Source: Candidatus Fervidifonticultor secundus (GTDB lineage Bacteria > Sysuimicrobiota > Sysuimicrobiia > Sysuimicrobiales > Humicultoraceae). From it: a DNA stretch of 64,000 nucleotides. The translations under genes were made by a program, and so were the position numbers. A model generated the notes under the pieces. That model was given only the letters and a program-made list of their open reading frames with translations, ran no database searches and was not told the origin of the DNA. Positions 8,964-19,542 of the stretch are shown piece after piece (position 1 is the first letter of the stretch; each line of letters starts with the position of its first letter). Where the stretch lies: the NCBI GenBank assembly GCA_031459385.1, contig JAVKIP010000008.1, positions 89,064 to 153,063 on the forward strand. Reading direction: 5' to 3'.

Positions 8964-10258
8964 TCGGCCGTCTCCGCCTCCGGGACGTCGGCAGCCAGCC
9001 AGACCGGGGCTTCCAGCAGGCGCCGGATCTCTCCCAGGAACTGTGCGGCTTCGGCGCCGTCGGTCACCCGGTGGTCGGCGGAGAGCGTCGCCTGCATCAC
9101 CGTGGCCACCTGCACGGTGCCATCGCGCACCACCGGCGTGGGCTTCGCGGCGCCCACGGCCAGAATCGCCGCCTGCGGCGGGTTCACGATGGCCGCAAAC
9201 ATGTCCACCGCGTAAGGTCCCAGGTTGCTCACCGTGAACGTGCCACCCGTGAGGTCGTCGGGCCGCAGGTGCCCGGCGCGCGCCCGCTCGATGAGCGCCC
9301 TGCTCTCGCGGGCGATGACCCACAGGGGCTTGCGGTCCACGTCGTGGAGGACCGGCGAGATCAGCCCCTCGGCCACGGGCACGGCGATGCCGATGTTGAT
9401 GGCGCCCGGATACCGGATCACCTCGCCCGCGAACGAGGCGTTCAGGTTCGGGTAGCGCCGCAGGGCCAGCGCCGCCGCCCGCACGACCAGGTCGTTGACG
9501 GTGATCTTGGCGGCGTCGGGCAGCCGCTCGTTGAGCTGCCGGCGCAGGTCCAGCGCCGCGTCCATGGCGATCGCCATCGTCACGTAGAAGTGCGGGGCCT
9601 GCTGCTTGCTCTCGGTCATCCGGCGCGCGATGGTGGCGCGCATGCGGGAGACCGGGACGTCGCGGGCGGGCGCCGGCTCCCCGGCGGCGGGTGCAGCCGC
9701 CGGCGCGCGAGCGGCCGCGCGGGCCGCCAGCGCCGCCTCCACGTCGTCCTTGGTGACGCGTCCGTCCGGCCCGCTGCCACGGATCGTCTCCAGCGCGAGA
9801 CCGTGTTCTGCCGCCAGCCGGCGCGCCAGGGGGGATGCCCGGACCGGGCCGGCGGCGCCCGCAGGGCCCGGCGCCGCCGCAGGGGCCGGCCTCGCGGGGG
9901 CTGCCGATGCCGGCGGCGCGCCGGTCGCCTCTCGTGCCGCCTGCACAGGCGGGGCCGCCGCTGGCCCCCGGGCCGCCTGTGCCTCTGCCCGCGATGGCGC
10001 AGGCGCCGCAGCCGCCGCTTCACCCGGCCGCGTCAGGTCCGCAATGGGCGCGCCCACGGGCACGACGCCGCCCGCGTCCACCAGGATGCGGCTGAGCACG
10101 CCGTCCCACTCGGCCTCGATCTCCACGTTCACCTTGTCGGTCTCGATCTCGGCGATGGGCTCGCCCTTGCGCACGGCCTCCCCGGCCTGCTTGAGCCACC
10201 GCAGCACTTTGCCCTCGGTCATGGCGTCGCCCAACTTGGGCATGATGACCTCGGCCAT
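8960..10258 (-). CDS. pdhC: Pyruvate dehydrogenase E2 dihydrolipoamide acetyltransferase
   Basis: Lipoyl domain IETDKVN, PSBD ASPLARRLA..GSGPDGRV, catalytic SADHRVTDG. Confidence 0.95.
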   Translation of the reverse strand: MAEVIMPKLGDAMTEGKVLRWLKQAGEAVRKGEPIAEIETDKVNVEIEAEWDGVLSRILVDAGGVVPVGAPIADLTRPGEAAAAAPAPSRAEAQAARGPAAAPPVQAAREATGAPPASAAPARPAPAAAPGPAGAAGPVRASPLARRLAAEHGLALETIRGSGPDGRVTKDDVEAALAARAAARAPAAAPAAGEPAPARDVPVSRMRATIARRMTESKQQAPHFYVTMAIAMDAALDLRRQLNERLPDAAKITVNDLVVRAAALALRRYPNLNASFAGEVIRYPGAINIGIAVPVAEGLISPVLHDVDRKPLWVIARESRALIERARAGHLRPDDLTGGTFTVSNLGPYAVDMFAAIVNPPQAAILAVGAAKPTPVVRDGTVQVATVMQATLSADHRVTDGAEAAQFLGEIRRLLEAPVWLAADVPEAETAD

Positions 10259-11244
10259 CAACGGTCCTCGCGGTAGAGGGTTCGGCGGACCGCAGCCACG
10301 ATCTCGGCCTCGTGCGGGGTCGCCAGCAGTTCCAGGTCGCGCGCATAGGGCATGGGGACGTCCGCACCTGTCACGCGCTCCACCGGCGCGTCCAGCAGGT
10401 CGAAGGCGCCCTCGTAGATCGTCGCGGCGAGCTCCGCCGCGGCGCCGAAGGGCTTCCACTGCTCCTGGACCACCACGGCGCGGTGCGTCTTCGCCACCGA
10501 ACGGACGATCGTCTCGGCGTCCAGCGGCCGGAGCGAGCGCAGGTTGATCACCTCGGCGTCGATGCCGTCCTCGGCCAGCTGGCTCGCCGCCTGCAGCGCC
10601 ACGAAGAGCATCCGGCTGTAGGCGACGATCGTCACGTCCCGTCCGGGCCGCACCACCTCAGCGCGGCCGAACGGCAGGGCGCCGTCGCCGTCGGGCACCG
10701 GGCCCTTCATGCCGTACAACGCCGCGTTCTCGAGGAAGATCACCGGGTCCTTGCCGCGGATTGCCGTGCGCAGCAGGCCCCGGGCATCCGCCGGGGTCGC
10801 CGGCACCGCGACCCGAAGCCCGGGCACGTGCGCGTAGAACACCTCGACGCTCTGGGAGTGCTGCGCGGAGAGCTGGACGCCCGCGCCGTTGGGGCCGCGG
10901 ATCACCAGGGGCACGTCCACCTGCCCGCCCGAGAAGTAGCGCACCTTCGCGGCGTTGTTGACGATCTGGTCGAAAGCCAGCAACGAGAAGTTCCAGGTCA
11001 TCACCTCGACGACCGGCCGCAGGCCCAGCATCGCCATGCCGATCGCCGCGCCGACGAACCCTTCCTCGGAGATCGGGGTGTCGATGACGCGCCGCGGGCC
11101 GAACCGCGCCAGCAGGTCGGCGGTGACCCGGAACGTGCCCTGGTACAGCCCGATGTCCTCGCCCAGCAGCAGCACAGCAGGATCGCGCTCCATCTCCTCG
11201 ATGAGCGTGGAGCGGATGGCGTCGCGGTAGGTGACCTCAGCCAT
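10258..11244 (-). CDS. pdhB: Pyruvate dehydrogenase E1 beta
   Basis: GEDIG, DTPISE, MTWNFS, AQHSQ. Confidence 0.95.
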   Translation of the reverse strand: MAEVTYRDAIRSTLIEEMERDPAVLLLGEDIGLYQGTFRVTADLLARFGPRRVIDTPISEEGFVGAAIGMAMLGLRPVVEVMTWNFSLLAFDQIVNNAAKVRYFSGGQVDVPLVIRGPNGAGVQLSAQHSQSVEVFYAHVPGLRVAVPATPADARGLLRTAIRGKDPVIFLENAALYGMKGPVPDGDGALPFGRAEVVRPGRDVTIVAYSRMLFVALQAASQLAEDGIDAEVINLRSLRPLDAETIVRSVAKTHRAVVVQEQWKPFGAAAELAATIYEGAFDLLDAPVERVTGADVPMPYARDLELLATPHEAEIVAAVRRTLYREDR

Positions 11245-12289
11245 CCGGGGCGTCGCCGTAGACGTGCCGCACCAGCTCGTCCGGCGGGGGTGGCGGGCTC
11301 TCCTCAGCGAAGCGCACGGCGTCGTCCACGATCTGCTCCGCCTCTTCCTGGATCCGCGCCACGGCCGCGTCGTCCAGGAGGCCCGCGTCGCGGAGCCGGC
11401 GCTCGAGGAGCGCGATGGGATCGCGCCGCCGCTGCGCTTCGACCTCGTCCTTGGTGCGGTAGGGCTGGAACAGGTCGGCGGCGCCGTGGCCGGCGAAGCG
11501 GTACGTCACCGCCTCGACGGCGTGCGGCCGGCCCGTGGCCCGCGCCTGGGCGATGACGCGCGCCGCCGTCTCGCGCACCGCGAAGAAGTCCATGCCGTTG
11601 ACACGCTCGGCGGGGATGGCGTACTGCGCGAAGCGCGACGCCAGGTCGGGGACGGCTGACGAGCGCGCCACCGAGGTGCCCATGGCATACTGGTTGTTCT
11701 CGACGATGAGCACCAGCGGGCACAGCCCGTCCTTTCCCCACAGCCCGGCCATGTTGAGCGCCTCATGGAAGGCACCGCTGTTCATGGCGCCGTCACCCAG
11801 GAAGCACAGGCACACGCGGTCCTCCTGCCGGTAGCGGAGCGCATAGGCCGCGCCGACAGCCAGCGGGATGTGCCCGCCGACGATGCCGTAGCCGCCGTAG
11901 AAGCCACGCGCGACGTCGAACAGGTGCATCGAGCCGCCCTTGCCGCGGGCGAGCCCGGTGACCTTGCCAAACAGCTCCGCCATGACTTCGCCGGGCGGCG
12001 CGCCGCGGAACAGGGCATGGGCGTGGTCGCGGTAGGCGGTGAAGAAGATGTCGTCCGGCCGCAGCTCGGCCAGGAAGCCGGCTGCCACCGCTTCCTGCCC
12101 GACGTAGACGTGCAGGTAGCCACCGATCTTGCCGCGCCGGAACGCCCGTTCGGTCTCCTCCTCGAAGCGACGGGCGATGACCATCTGCCGGTACCAGGCG
12201 AGGGCCGATGCGAGGTGCTCGGGCGACCGGCGGTCCGTGGTGACGGCAGAGGTGGCGCCGTCGTCGGGCCGGCCCGTCCGGTTGGGCAT
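11237..12289 (-). CDS. pdhA: Pyruvate dehydrogenase E1 alpha
   Basis: IGGYLH..GQEA, YRDH, GKGGSMH, TPP motif GDGA..ENN. Confidence 0.95.
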   Translation of the reverse strand: MPNRTGRPDDGATSAVTTDRRSPEHLASALAWYRQMVIARRFEEETERAFRRGKIGGYLHVYVGQEAVAAGFLAELRPDDIFFTAYRDHAHALFRGAPPGEVMAELFGKVTGLARGKGGSMHLFDVARGFYGGYGIVGGHIPLAVGAAYALRYRQEDRVCLCFLGDGAMNSGAFHEALNMAGLWGKDGLCPLVLIVENNQYAMGTSVARSSAVPDLASRFAQYAIPAERVNGMDFFAVRETAARVIAQARATGRPHAVEAVTYRFAGHGAADLFQPYRTKDEVEAQRRRDPIALLERRLRDAGLLDDAAVARIQEEAEQIVDDAVRFAEESPPPPPDELVRHVYGDAPDG

Positions 12290-12378
12290 GCCGTCCTGCT
12301 CCTTCCCCGCCGCCTCGTAGGCCGAAGGATGAGCCGCGCGCGAACGCGGCGGTGCCGGCGCCGCGCGTGCACTCCATT

Positions 12379-12387
12379 ACTATACCA
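12379..12387 (-). promoter_or_regulatory. Extended -10 promoter (TGGTATAGT) for the pdh operon
   Basis: AT-rich TGnTATAGT about 90 nt upstream of pdhA in GC-rich context. Confidence 0.55.
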
Positions 12388-12470
12388 GATCCGCGCAACC
12401 GGTCGGCACGCGCTATTTGCGCCCGGGCCGCCCGCCGGGTAGGCTAGAGGCGGCGCCGAAGGGAGCCCGC

Positions 12471-13514
12471 ATGCCGACCGACACACTCGACGCGTTCATC
12501 GCGATGTTGCCCAAGGTCGAGCTCCACCTGCACCTGGAGACCTCGCTGCGCCTGCGCCGTCTGGCCGAGCGCGCCGGCGAGGGACCCGCGCTGGGCGCGC
12601 CGCACCTGGTGGCCGACCCCGCGGTGTTCGTCGGCTACGACCGCCTGCGACGGCTGCGGTATGCCGGCCGGGTCGGCCGGGTGCCCGACGCGTGGTACAC
12701 GCGTGAGCGGATCGCGGCCATCACGGCGGAGTTGCTGCGGGAGGCGGCGGCGCAGGGCGTCCGCCACGTCGAGGTGCGGGTGGGCGGCCGCCGCGGCTTC
12801 ACGCTCCTCGGGGTGCGCGGCATGCTCGAGGCGATGGCTGAGGGCGCGGCCAGTGTCCGCGGGCTCGGCATCGGCTACGGCGCCATCGTCACCGTGGTGC
12901 GCGAGCGCGGCCCCGACGACGCCGCGCGCCTGGTGGCAGAGGCGGTGGCCTGCCGCGACTGCGGCGTGGTCGGCATCGACCTGGCCGGCGACGAGCAGAA
13001 CTTCCCGCCGGCCCTCTTCGCCGCGGCGCTGCGTCCGGCCCGTGACGCCGGGCTGGGCCTGGCGGTGCACGCCGGCGAGTTCGCCGGCCCGGCGGGGATC
13101 TGGACCGCGCTCTACCATCTGGGCGCCGACCGCGTCGGCCACGGCATCCGCGCCGTGGAGGATCCCGCGCTGGTGGACCATCTGCGCGACCGCAGCGTGA
13201 CCCTTGAGGTGTGCCCCACGAGCAACGTACGGCTGGGCCTGGTGCCGTCGCTGGCCCAGCACCCGGTGGGGATGCTGCGCCGGGCGGGCGTGGCGGTCAC
13301 CATCAACAGCGACGACCCGCTGCTGCTCGGGACCACGCTCACCCGCGAGCTGGCGGCCGTGGCCCGTGCGCACCGCCTGACGCCGGCCGACCTGGTCGAG
13401 CTGCAGGCGACGGCAGCCCGGGCGGCGTTTGCCCCCGATGCGGTTCGCCGCGCGCTGGACGCCGCGGTCCGCGCGGCGCCGCTGCCCGCCGCAGGTGGCA
13501 GCCCCGCGCCTTGA
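12471..13514 (+). CDS. add: Adenosine/adenine deaminase family protein
   Basis: PKVELHLHL, GIDLAGDE, VHAGE, RVGHG, EVCPTSN, INSDDP. Confidence 0.85.
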   Translation: MPTDTLDAFIAMLPKVELHLHLETSLRLRRLAERAGEGPALGAPHLVADPAVFVGYDRLRRLRYAGRVGRVPDAWYTRERIAAITAELLREAAAQGVRHVEVRVGGRRGFTLLGVRGMLEAMAEGAASVRGLGIGYGAIVTVVRERGPDDAARLVAEAVACRDCGVVGIDLAGDEQNFPPALFAAALRPARDAGLGLAVHAGEFAGPAGIWTALYHLGADRVGHGIRAVEDPALVDHLRDRSVTLEVCPTSNVRLGLVPSLAQHPVGMLRRAGVAVTINSDDPLLLGTTLTRELAAVARAHRLTPADLVELQATAARAAFAPDAVRRALDAAVRAAPLPAAGGSPAP

Positions 13515-13539
13515 TTTGTTGAGTGAATTACTCTAGAAT
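13511..13539 (+). promoter_or_regulatory. Sigma70 promoter TTGATT-N17-TAGAAT with an internal GAGT-N5-ACTC palindrome (candidate Rrf2/IscR-type operator) for the suf operon
   Basis: -35 at 13511-13516, -10 at 13534-13539, palindrome at 13521-13533. Confidence 0.7.
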
Positions 13540-13592
13540 TCTGCTGGCATCTCGTGGGTGCCGCAGGGCAGGGTCTACACGGGGAGGAGCCC

Positions 13593-14423
13593 ATGGCCGA
13601 TCTCGTCATCCGCGACCTGCACGTCCAGGTCGAGGACAAAGTGATTCTCAAGGGGGTCACCCTCGACGTCAGCCGGGGCGAGATTCACGCCCTCATGGGG
13701 CCCAACGGCTCCGGCAAGAGCACCCTGGCCAACGTCTTGATGGGCAACCCCTTCTACCAGGTCGTGCGCGGCGAGGTGCTCTACAAAGGCGAGGACCTGC
13801 TGGCGATGTCGCCCGACGAGCGGGCCCGCAGGGGGCTGTTCATCGCCTTCCAGTACCCGGTGAGCATCCCCGGGGTGACCATGGCCAGCTTCCTGCGCAC
13901 CGCCGTCTCGGCGCGCAGGGGGCTGGAGCAGGAGCTGGTTCCGGTGGCCGAGTTCCAGCGCCTGTTGCGGGCGAAGCTCGACGCGCTGAAGATCGACCCG
14001 TCCATCCTCGGGCGGTACGTCAACGAGGGCTTCTCCGGCGGCGAGAAGAAGCGCGCCGAGATCCTCCAGATGGCCCTGCTGGAGCCCGAGATCGCCATCA
14101 TGGACGAGACCGACTCGGGGCTGGACATCGACTCGGTGAAGATCGTGGCCGACGGCATCATGCGCATGTACGAGGAGCAGCGGGGTGGGATGGGGGTGCT
14201 GGTCATCACCCACTACTCGCGCATCCTCCAGTACATCACGCCCCACCACGTCCACATCATGCACGACGGGCGCCTGGTGGTCTCCGGCGGGCCCGACCTG
14301 GCCCACGAGCTGGAAGAGCGCGGGTACGAGGAGATCCGCAAGCAGTTCGAGGTGATCGCCGCCGAGGTCCAGGAGGCCGGCGCGGTGCGCCGTGCCGGGA
14401 AGGTGTTCTGGGTGGTACACTAG
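13593..14423 (+). CDS. sufC: Fe-S assembly ATPase SufC
   Basis: GPNGSGKST, AFQYP, NEGFSGGEKKR, DETDSGLD. Confidence 0.97.
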   Translation: MADLVIRDLHVQVEDKVILKGVTLDVSRGEIHALMGPNGSGKSTLANVLMGNPFYQVVRGEVLYKGEDLLAMSPDERARRGLFIAFQYPVSIPGVTMASFLRTAVSARRGLEQELVPVAEFQRLLRAKLDALKIDPSILGRYVNEGFSGGEKKRAEILQMALLEPEIAIMDETDSGLDIDSVKIVADGIMRMYEEQRGGMGVLVITHYSRILQYITPHHVHIMHDGRLVVSGGPDLAHELEERGYEEIRKQFEVIAAEVQEAGAVRRAGKVFWVVH

Positions 14424-14462
14424 CGGCGGATGCTGGCGCCTGCGCGGCGCGGGGAGAGGATC

Positions 14463-15866
<1,404 letters not shown>

Positions 15867-15962
15867 CCCGCCCCGCCCGGCGCTGCGCGGGTTCCGGCCC
15901 CGGGCCGCATGGCTTCGGGTCGCCGCCTGGCGCTGCGCGGTAGGCGGCGCGGGACGTCTCCC

Positions 15963-15995
15963 CGGAGGAGGCAGGCATCGCGCCTGCCTCCTCCG
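15963..15995 (+). other. Perfect 14-bp stem-loop in the sufB-sufD spacer
   Basis: CGGAGGAGGCAGGC-ATCGC-GCCTGCCTCCTCCG. Confidence 0.75.
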
Positions 15996-16027
15996 CACGG
16001 GAGCATCGACGTGACGGAGGCAGTGGC

Positions 16028-17350
16028 GTGAGTGATCGCACCTCGTCCCTGGCGGTCCGGCCGGGGGTGCTCGACCGGGCCGCCCTCGCGGCGGCCAGCC
16101 GGCTCGCCGACGATCCCGCATGGATGCGCGAGCGGCGCGAGACCGCGTGGGCGGCCGCAGCGCGCCTGCCGCACCCGGCGGAGGTCTGGCTCGAGGAGTG
16201 GCGGCGCACCGACACCAGCGCACTGGATCTCGCCGGCATCGCCCTGGCCACCGCGCCGGCTGGGACGCCGCCCGACCCCTCGGCGGTGGTGGCCGCCGAC
16301 GAGCGCGCCGGCCTGCTGGTGTGTACCGGCGGCCGCGCCGTGGCGGTGCTGGACGCCGCCCTCGCCGCGCGAGGGGTCGTCTTCACCGACCTGGCCGGCG
16401 CCGCCGCGGCCCACCCTGACCTGGTCCGCGACTACTTCCTCAGCACCCTGCCGGAGTTCGACGGGCACCGCTACCGCGCGCTGCACGCCGCGCTGTGGAC
16501 CGGCGGGGTCGTGGTCTACGTGCCGGCGGGCGTCGAGGTGGCGCTGCCGCTGGTGGCCCAGAGCTGGCTCGGTCAGCCCGACGCAGCCGTCTTCCCCCAC
16601 ACGCTGCTGGTCGCCGCCCCGGGGAGCCGGGTCACCCTGGTCGACCTGTACACCTCTGCCGACGGTCCGGGCCGGCAGGTGGCCACCGCGGTCGCCGAAC
16701 TCATCGTGCAGCAGGGGGCGCAGGTGCGCTACATCGCCGTCCGCGACTGGGGTGCGCCCATGTGGGAGGTCGGGAGCCTGGTGCGCGCCCGCGTGGCGCG
16801 CGACGCCACTGTCCACAGCCTGATGGTCGCCCTCGGCGGCGGGTTGCTCAAGGTCGACGTCGAGTCGCACCTGCACGGCCCCGGTGCCTCGGTCGAGATG
16901 CTCGGCCTGTTCTTCGCTGCCGGGGCGCAGCACATGGACTTCCACACCCTCCAGGAGCACGGCGCGCCCCACACTACCAGCGACCTGCTCTACAAAGGGG
17001 CGGTGCGGGATACCGCGAAGACCGTTTTTGCCGGGCTCATCCGCGTGCACCAGGGCGCGCAGAAGACTAACGCCTTCCAGTCGAACCGGAACCTGATCCT
17101 GTCTGCAGGCGCGCGCGCCGACTCGATCCCCAAGCTGGAGATCATGGCCAACGACCTGCGCTGTACCCACGGCTCGGCCACCAGCCGCCTCCACGACGAG
17201 CACATCTTCTACTTGATGAGCCGCGGCCTCACCCGGGCGCAGGCCGTGCGCATGATCGTGGAGGGGTTCTTCGCCGACGTCTTCGACCGGATTCCCCTGG
17301 AGCGGCCGCGCGCCTACCTCCAGGCGCGCATCGGCGAGAAGATGGCCTGA
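16028..17350 (+). CDS. sufD: Fe-S assembly protein SufD
   Basis: EEWRRTD, PKLEIMANDLRCTHG, FYLMSRG. Confidence 0.95.
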   Translation: MSDRTSSLAVRPGVLDRAALAAASRLADDPAWMRERRETAWAAAARLPHPAEVWLEEWRRTDTSALDLAGIALATAPAGTPPDPSAVVAADERAGLLVCTGGRAVAVLDAALAARGVVFTDLAGAAAAHPDLVRDYFLSTLPEFDGHRYRALHAALWTGGVVVYVPAGVEVALPLVAQSWLGQPDAAVFPHTLLVAAPGSRVTLVDLYTSADGPGRQVATAVAELIVQQGAQVRYIAVRDWGAPMWEVGSLVRARVARDATVHSLMVALGGGLLKVDVESHLHGPGASVEMLGLFFAAGAQHMDFHTLQEHGAPHTTSDLLYKGAVRDTAKTVFAGLIRVHQGAQKTNAFQSNRNLILSAGARADSIPKLEIMANDLRCTHGSATSRLHDEHIFYLMSRGLTRAQAVRMIVEGFFADVFDRIPLERPRAYLQARIGEKMA

Positions 17351-17352
17351 CC

Positions 17353-17712
17353 ATGGACGAGATCGCCGCCGACGCCTTCGTGCAGGTCGCGACCCTGGCC
17401 GAGGTCCCGCCGGGGACCGCGAAGGCGGTGGAGGTCGCGGGCCGCAGGATCGCCCTGGTGAACGTCCGGGGCGCCATCTACGCCATCGACGACACCTGCA
17501 CCCACGAGCGCGTCTCGCTGTCGTCCGGGCAGGTCACCGGCGAGGTGATCGTCTGCCCCAAGCACGGCTCGCGATTCCACGTGGTCACCGGACGGGTGCT
17601 GTCCCTGCCGGCGGTCCGGCCGGTCAGCACGTACGCGGTGAAGGTCGAGGGCGACGCGATCCTGGTGGCGCCCTCGCCCCGGCCCGGGCAGGGGATGCCG
17701 CATCGGCGGTAG
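17353..17712 (+). CDS. Rieske-type [2Fe-2S] ferredoxin (suf-associated)
   Basis: CTHE...CPKHG Rieske motif. Confidence 0.9.
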   Translation: MDEIAADAFVQVATLAEVPPGTAKAVEVAGRRIALVNVRGAIYAIDDTCTHERVSLSSGQVTGEVIVCPKHGSRFHVVTGRVLSLPAVRPVSTYAVKVEGDAILVAPSPRPGQGMPHRR

Positions 17713-17730
17713 GCGGCGGGGAGGACGGAG

Positions 17731-18972
17731 ATGGAGCTGGGCGCGCGCGTGCGAGGTGACTTCCCGCTGCTGGGCAGGACCGTGCACGGCAAACCGCTGG
17801 TCTACCTCGACAGCGCCGCCACCAGTCAGAAGCCGCGCGTGGTCCTGGACGCGCTGCAGGAGTACTACCGCGCCTACAACGCCAACGTGCACCGCGGCAT
17901 CTACGCCATCGCCGAGGAGGCCACGGCGCGCTACGAGGCCGCGCGGGCCACGCTGGCGGCCCTGCTGCACGCCGCCCGCCCCGAGGAGGTCGTGTTCACC
18001 CGCGGTACCACCGAGGCGATCAACCTGGTGGCCGGCAGCTGGGGCCGCGCCAACCTGCGCGCCGGCGACGAGATCCTGCTGACGGAGATGGAGCACCACA
18101 GCAACATCGTGCCGTGGCAGCTCCTGGCGGCGGAGAAGGGGGCGCGCCTGCGGTACGTCCCCATCACCGAGGCCGGCCGTCTCGACCTGGACGCGCTGGA
18201 CCGCCTGCTCACGGGACGCACGCGGCTGGTGGCGCTGGTGCACCAGTCGAACGTGCTGGGCACCATCAATCCCATCCGGCAGATCGCCGAGCGGGCGCAC
18301 GCCGCCGGCGCGCTGGTGCTGGTGGATGCGGCTCAGAGCGTGCCCAACCAGCCCGTCGACGTCCAGCAGCTCGGCGTCGACTTCCTGGCGTTCTCCGGGC
18401 ACAAGATGCTGGGCCCCACCGGTAGCGGCGGGCTGTGGGCGCGCTACGACCTGCTGGACGCGATGCCGCCCTACCACGGCGGCGGCGAGATGATCGTGCG
18501 GGTCGACTACGAGCGGTCGACGTTCAAGGCGCCGCCGCACCGGTTCGAGGCAGGCACGCCCAACATCGCCGACGCCATCGTGCTGGGCGTTGCCGCCGAC
18601 TACCTGCGGGACATCGGGTTCGACGCCATCACCGCCTGGGAGCAGACGCTGGTGGCGTATGCACTGGAGCGCCTGCGCGAGGTGCCGGGCCTGCGGATCC
18701 TGGGGCCGGCGACCCCCGAGCAGCGCGGCGGCGCCATTAGTTTCGTCCTGGACGTGGCGCATCCTCACGACATCGCCCAGGTCCTGGATCAGGAGGGCAT
18801 CGCCATCCGCGCGGGCCACCACTGCGCCCAGCTCCTGCACCGCCGGTTCGGCGTGGAGGCCAGCGCCCGTGCCAGCCTGCACATCTACAACACCCGCGAA
18901 GACATCGACGCGCTGGTCACGGGTCTGCACATGGTGCGCCGCCTGTTCACCCGCGCGCCGCGCCCGGTGTAG
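17731..18972 (+). CDS. sufS: Cysteine desulfurase SufS
   Basis: YLDSAATSQKP, FSGHKM, RAGHHCA. Confidence 0.97.
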   Translation: MELGARVRGDFPLLGRTVHGKPLVYLDSAATSQKPRVVLDALQEYYRAYNANVHRGIYAIAEEATARYEAARATLAALLHAARPEEVVFTRGTTEAINLVAGSWGRANLRAGDEILLTEMEHHSNIVPWQLLAAEKGARLRYVPITEAGRLDLDALDRLLTGRTRLVALVHQSNVLGTINPIRQIAERAHAAGALVLVDAAQSVPNQPVDVQQLGVDFLAFSGHKMLGPTGSGGLWARYDLLDAMPPYHGGGEMIVRVDYERSTFKAPPHRFEAGTPNIADAIVLGVAADYLRDIGFDAITAWEQTLVAYALERLREVPGLRILGPATPEQRGGAISFVLDVAHPHDIAQVLDQEGIAIRAGHHCAQLLHRRFGVEASARASLHIYNTREDIDALVTGLHMVRRLFTRAPRPV

Positions 18973-18984
18973 GATCGAGAGGCG

Positions 18985-19449
18985 ATGGCGCTCGACGACC
19001 TCTACCGCGAGGTCATCCTCGACCATTACGCGCACCCGCGCAACCGCGGCCGGCTCGACCCCGCGGATCTCACCGTCGAGGGCACGAACCCCCTGTGCGG
19101 CGACGAGCTGGTGCTCTCGGTGCGGCTGCAGGGCGAGCGGGTGGCGGCCGCGCGGTTCGAGGGCCGCGGGTGCTCCATCAGCCAGGCGTCGGCCTCGATG
19201 CTCACCGAGGCGATCACCGGCAAGTCCCTGGACGAGGTCCGCGGGCTGATCGGCCAGTTCAAGGGCATGATGCGCGGGGCCCCGCCCGCCGACGCGCTGG
19301 GTGACCTGGCGGCGCTCCAGGGCGTCCGCAAGTTCCCCGTGCGGATCAAGTGCGCGACGCTGGCATGGGTGGCGCTCGAGCAGGGGCTCGACGAGCGCGC
19401 GGCGGGCCGCGCGCCCTCGCGCGCCACGACCGAGACCGAGCCGGCCTGA
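18985..19449 (+). CDS. sufU: SUF sulfur-transfer protein SufU
   Basis: LYREVILDH, NPLCGD, GCSISQAS, RIKCATL. Confidence 0.95.
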   Translation: MALDDLYREVILDHYAHPRNRGRLDPADLTVEGTNPLCGDELVLSVRLQGERVAAARFEGRGCSISQASASMLTEAITGKSLDEVRGLIGQFKGMMRGAPPADALGDLAALQGVRKFPVRIKCATLAWVALEQGLDERAAGRAPSRATTETEPA

Positions 19450-19484
19450 GGCGCTCGCGGGTCGGCAGGGACCTCGCGACGCCG

Positions 19485-19512
19485 GCAGGCGCCCTCTGCG
19501 GAGCCGGCGAAT
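19485..19512 (+). promoter_or_regulatory. SigH-like promoter motif GCAGGC-N18-GAAT upstream of the fused permease
   Basis: GCAGGCgccctctgcggagccggcGAAT. Confidence 0.5.
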
Positions 19513-19542
19513 CTCCCCCCATCCGCGTGCCGGGAGGGGTCG

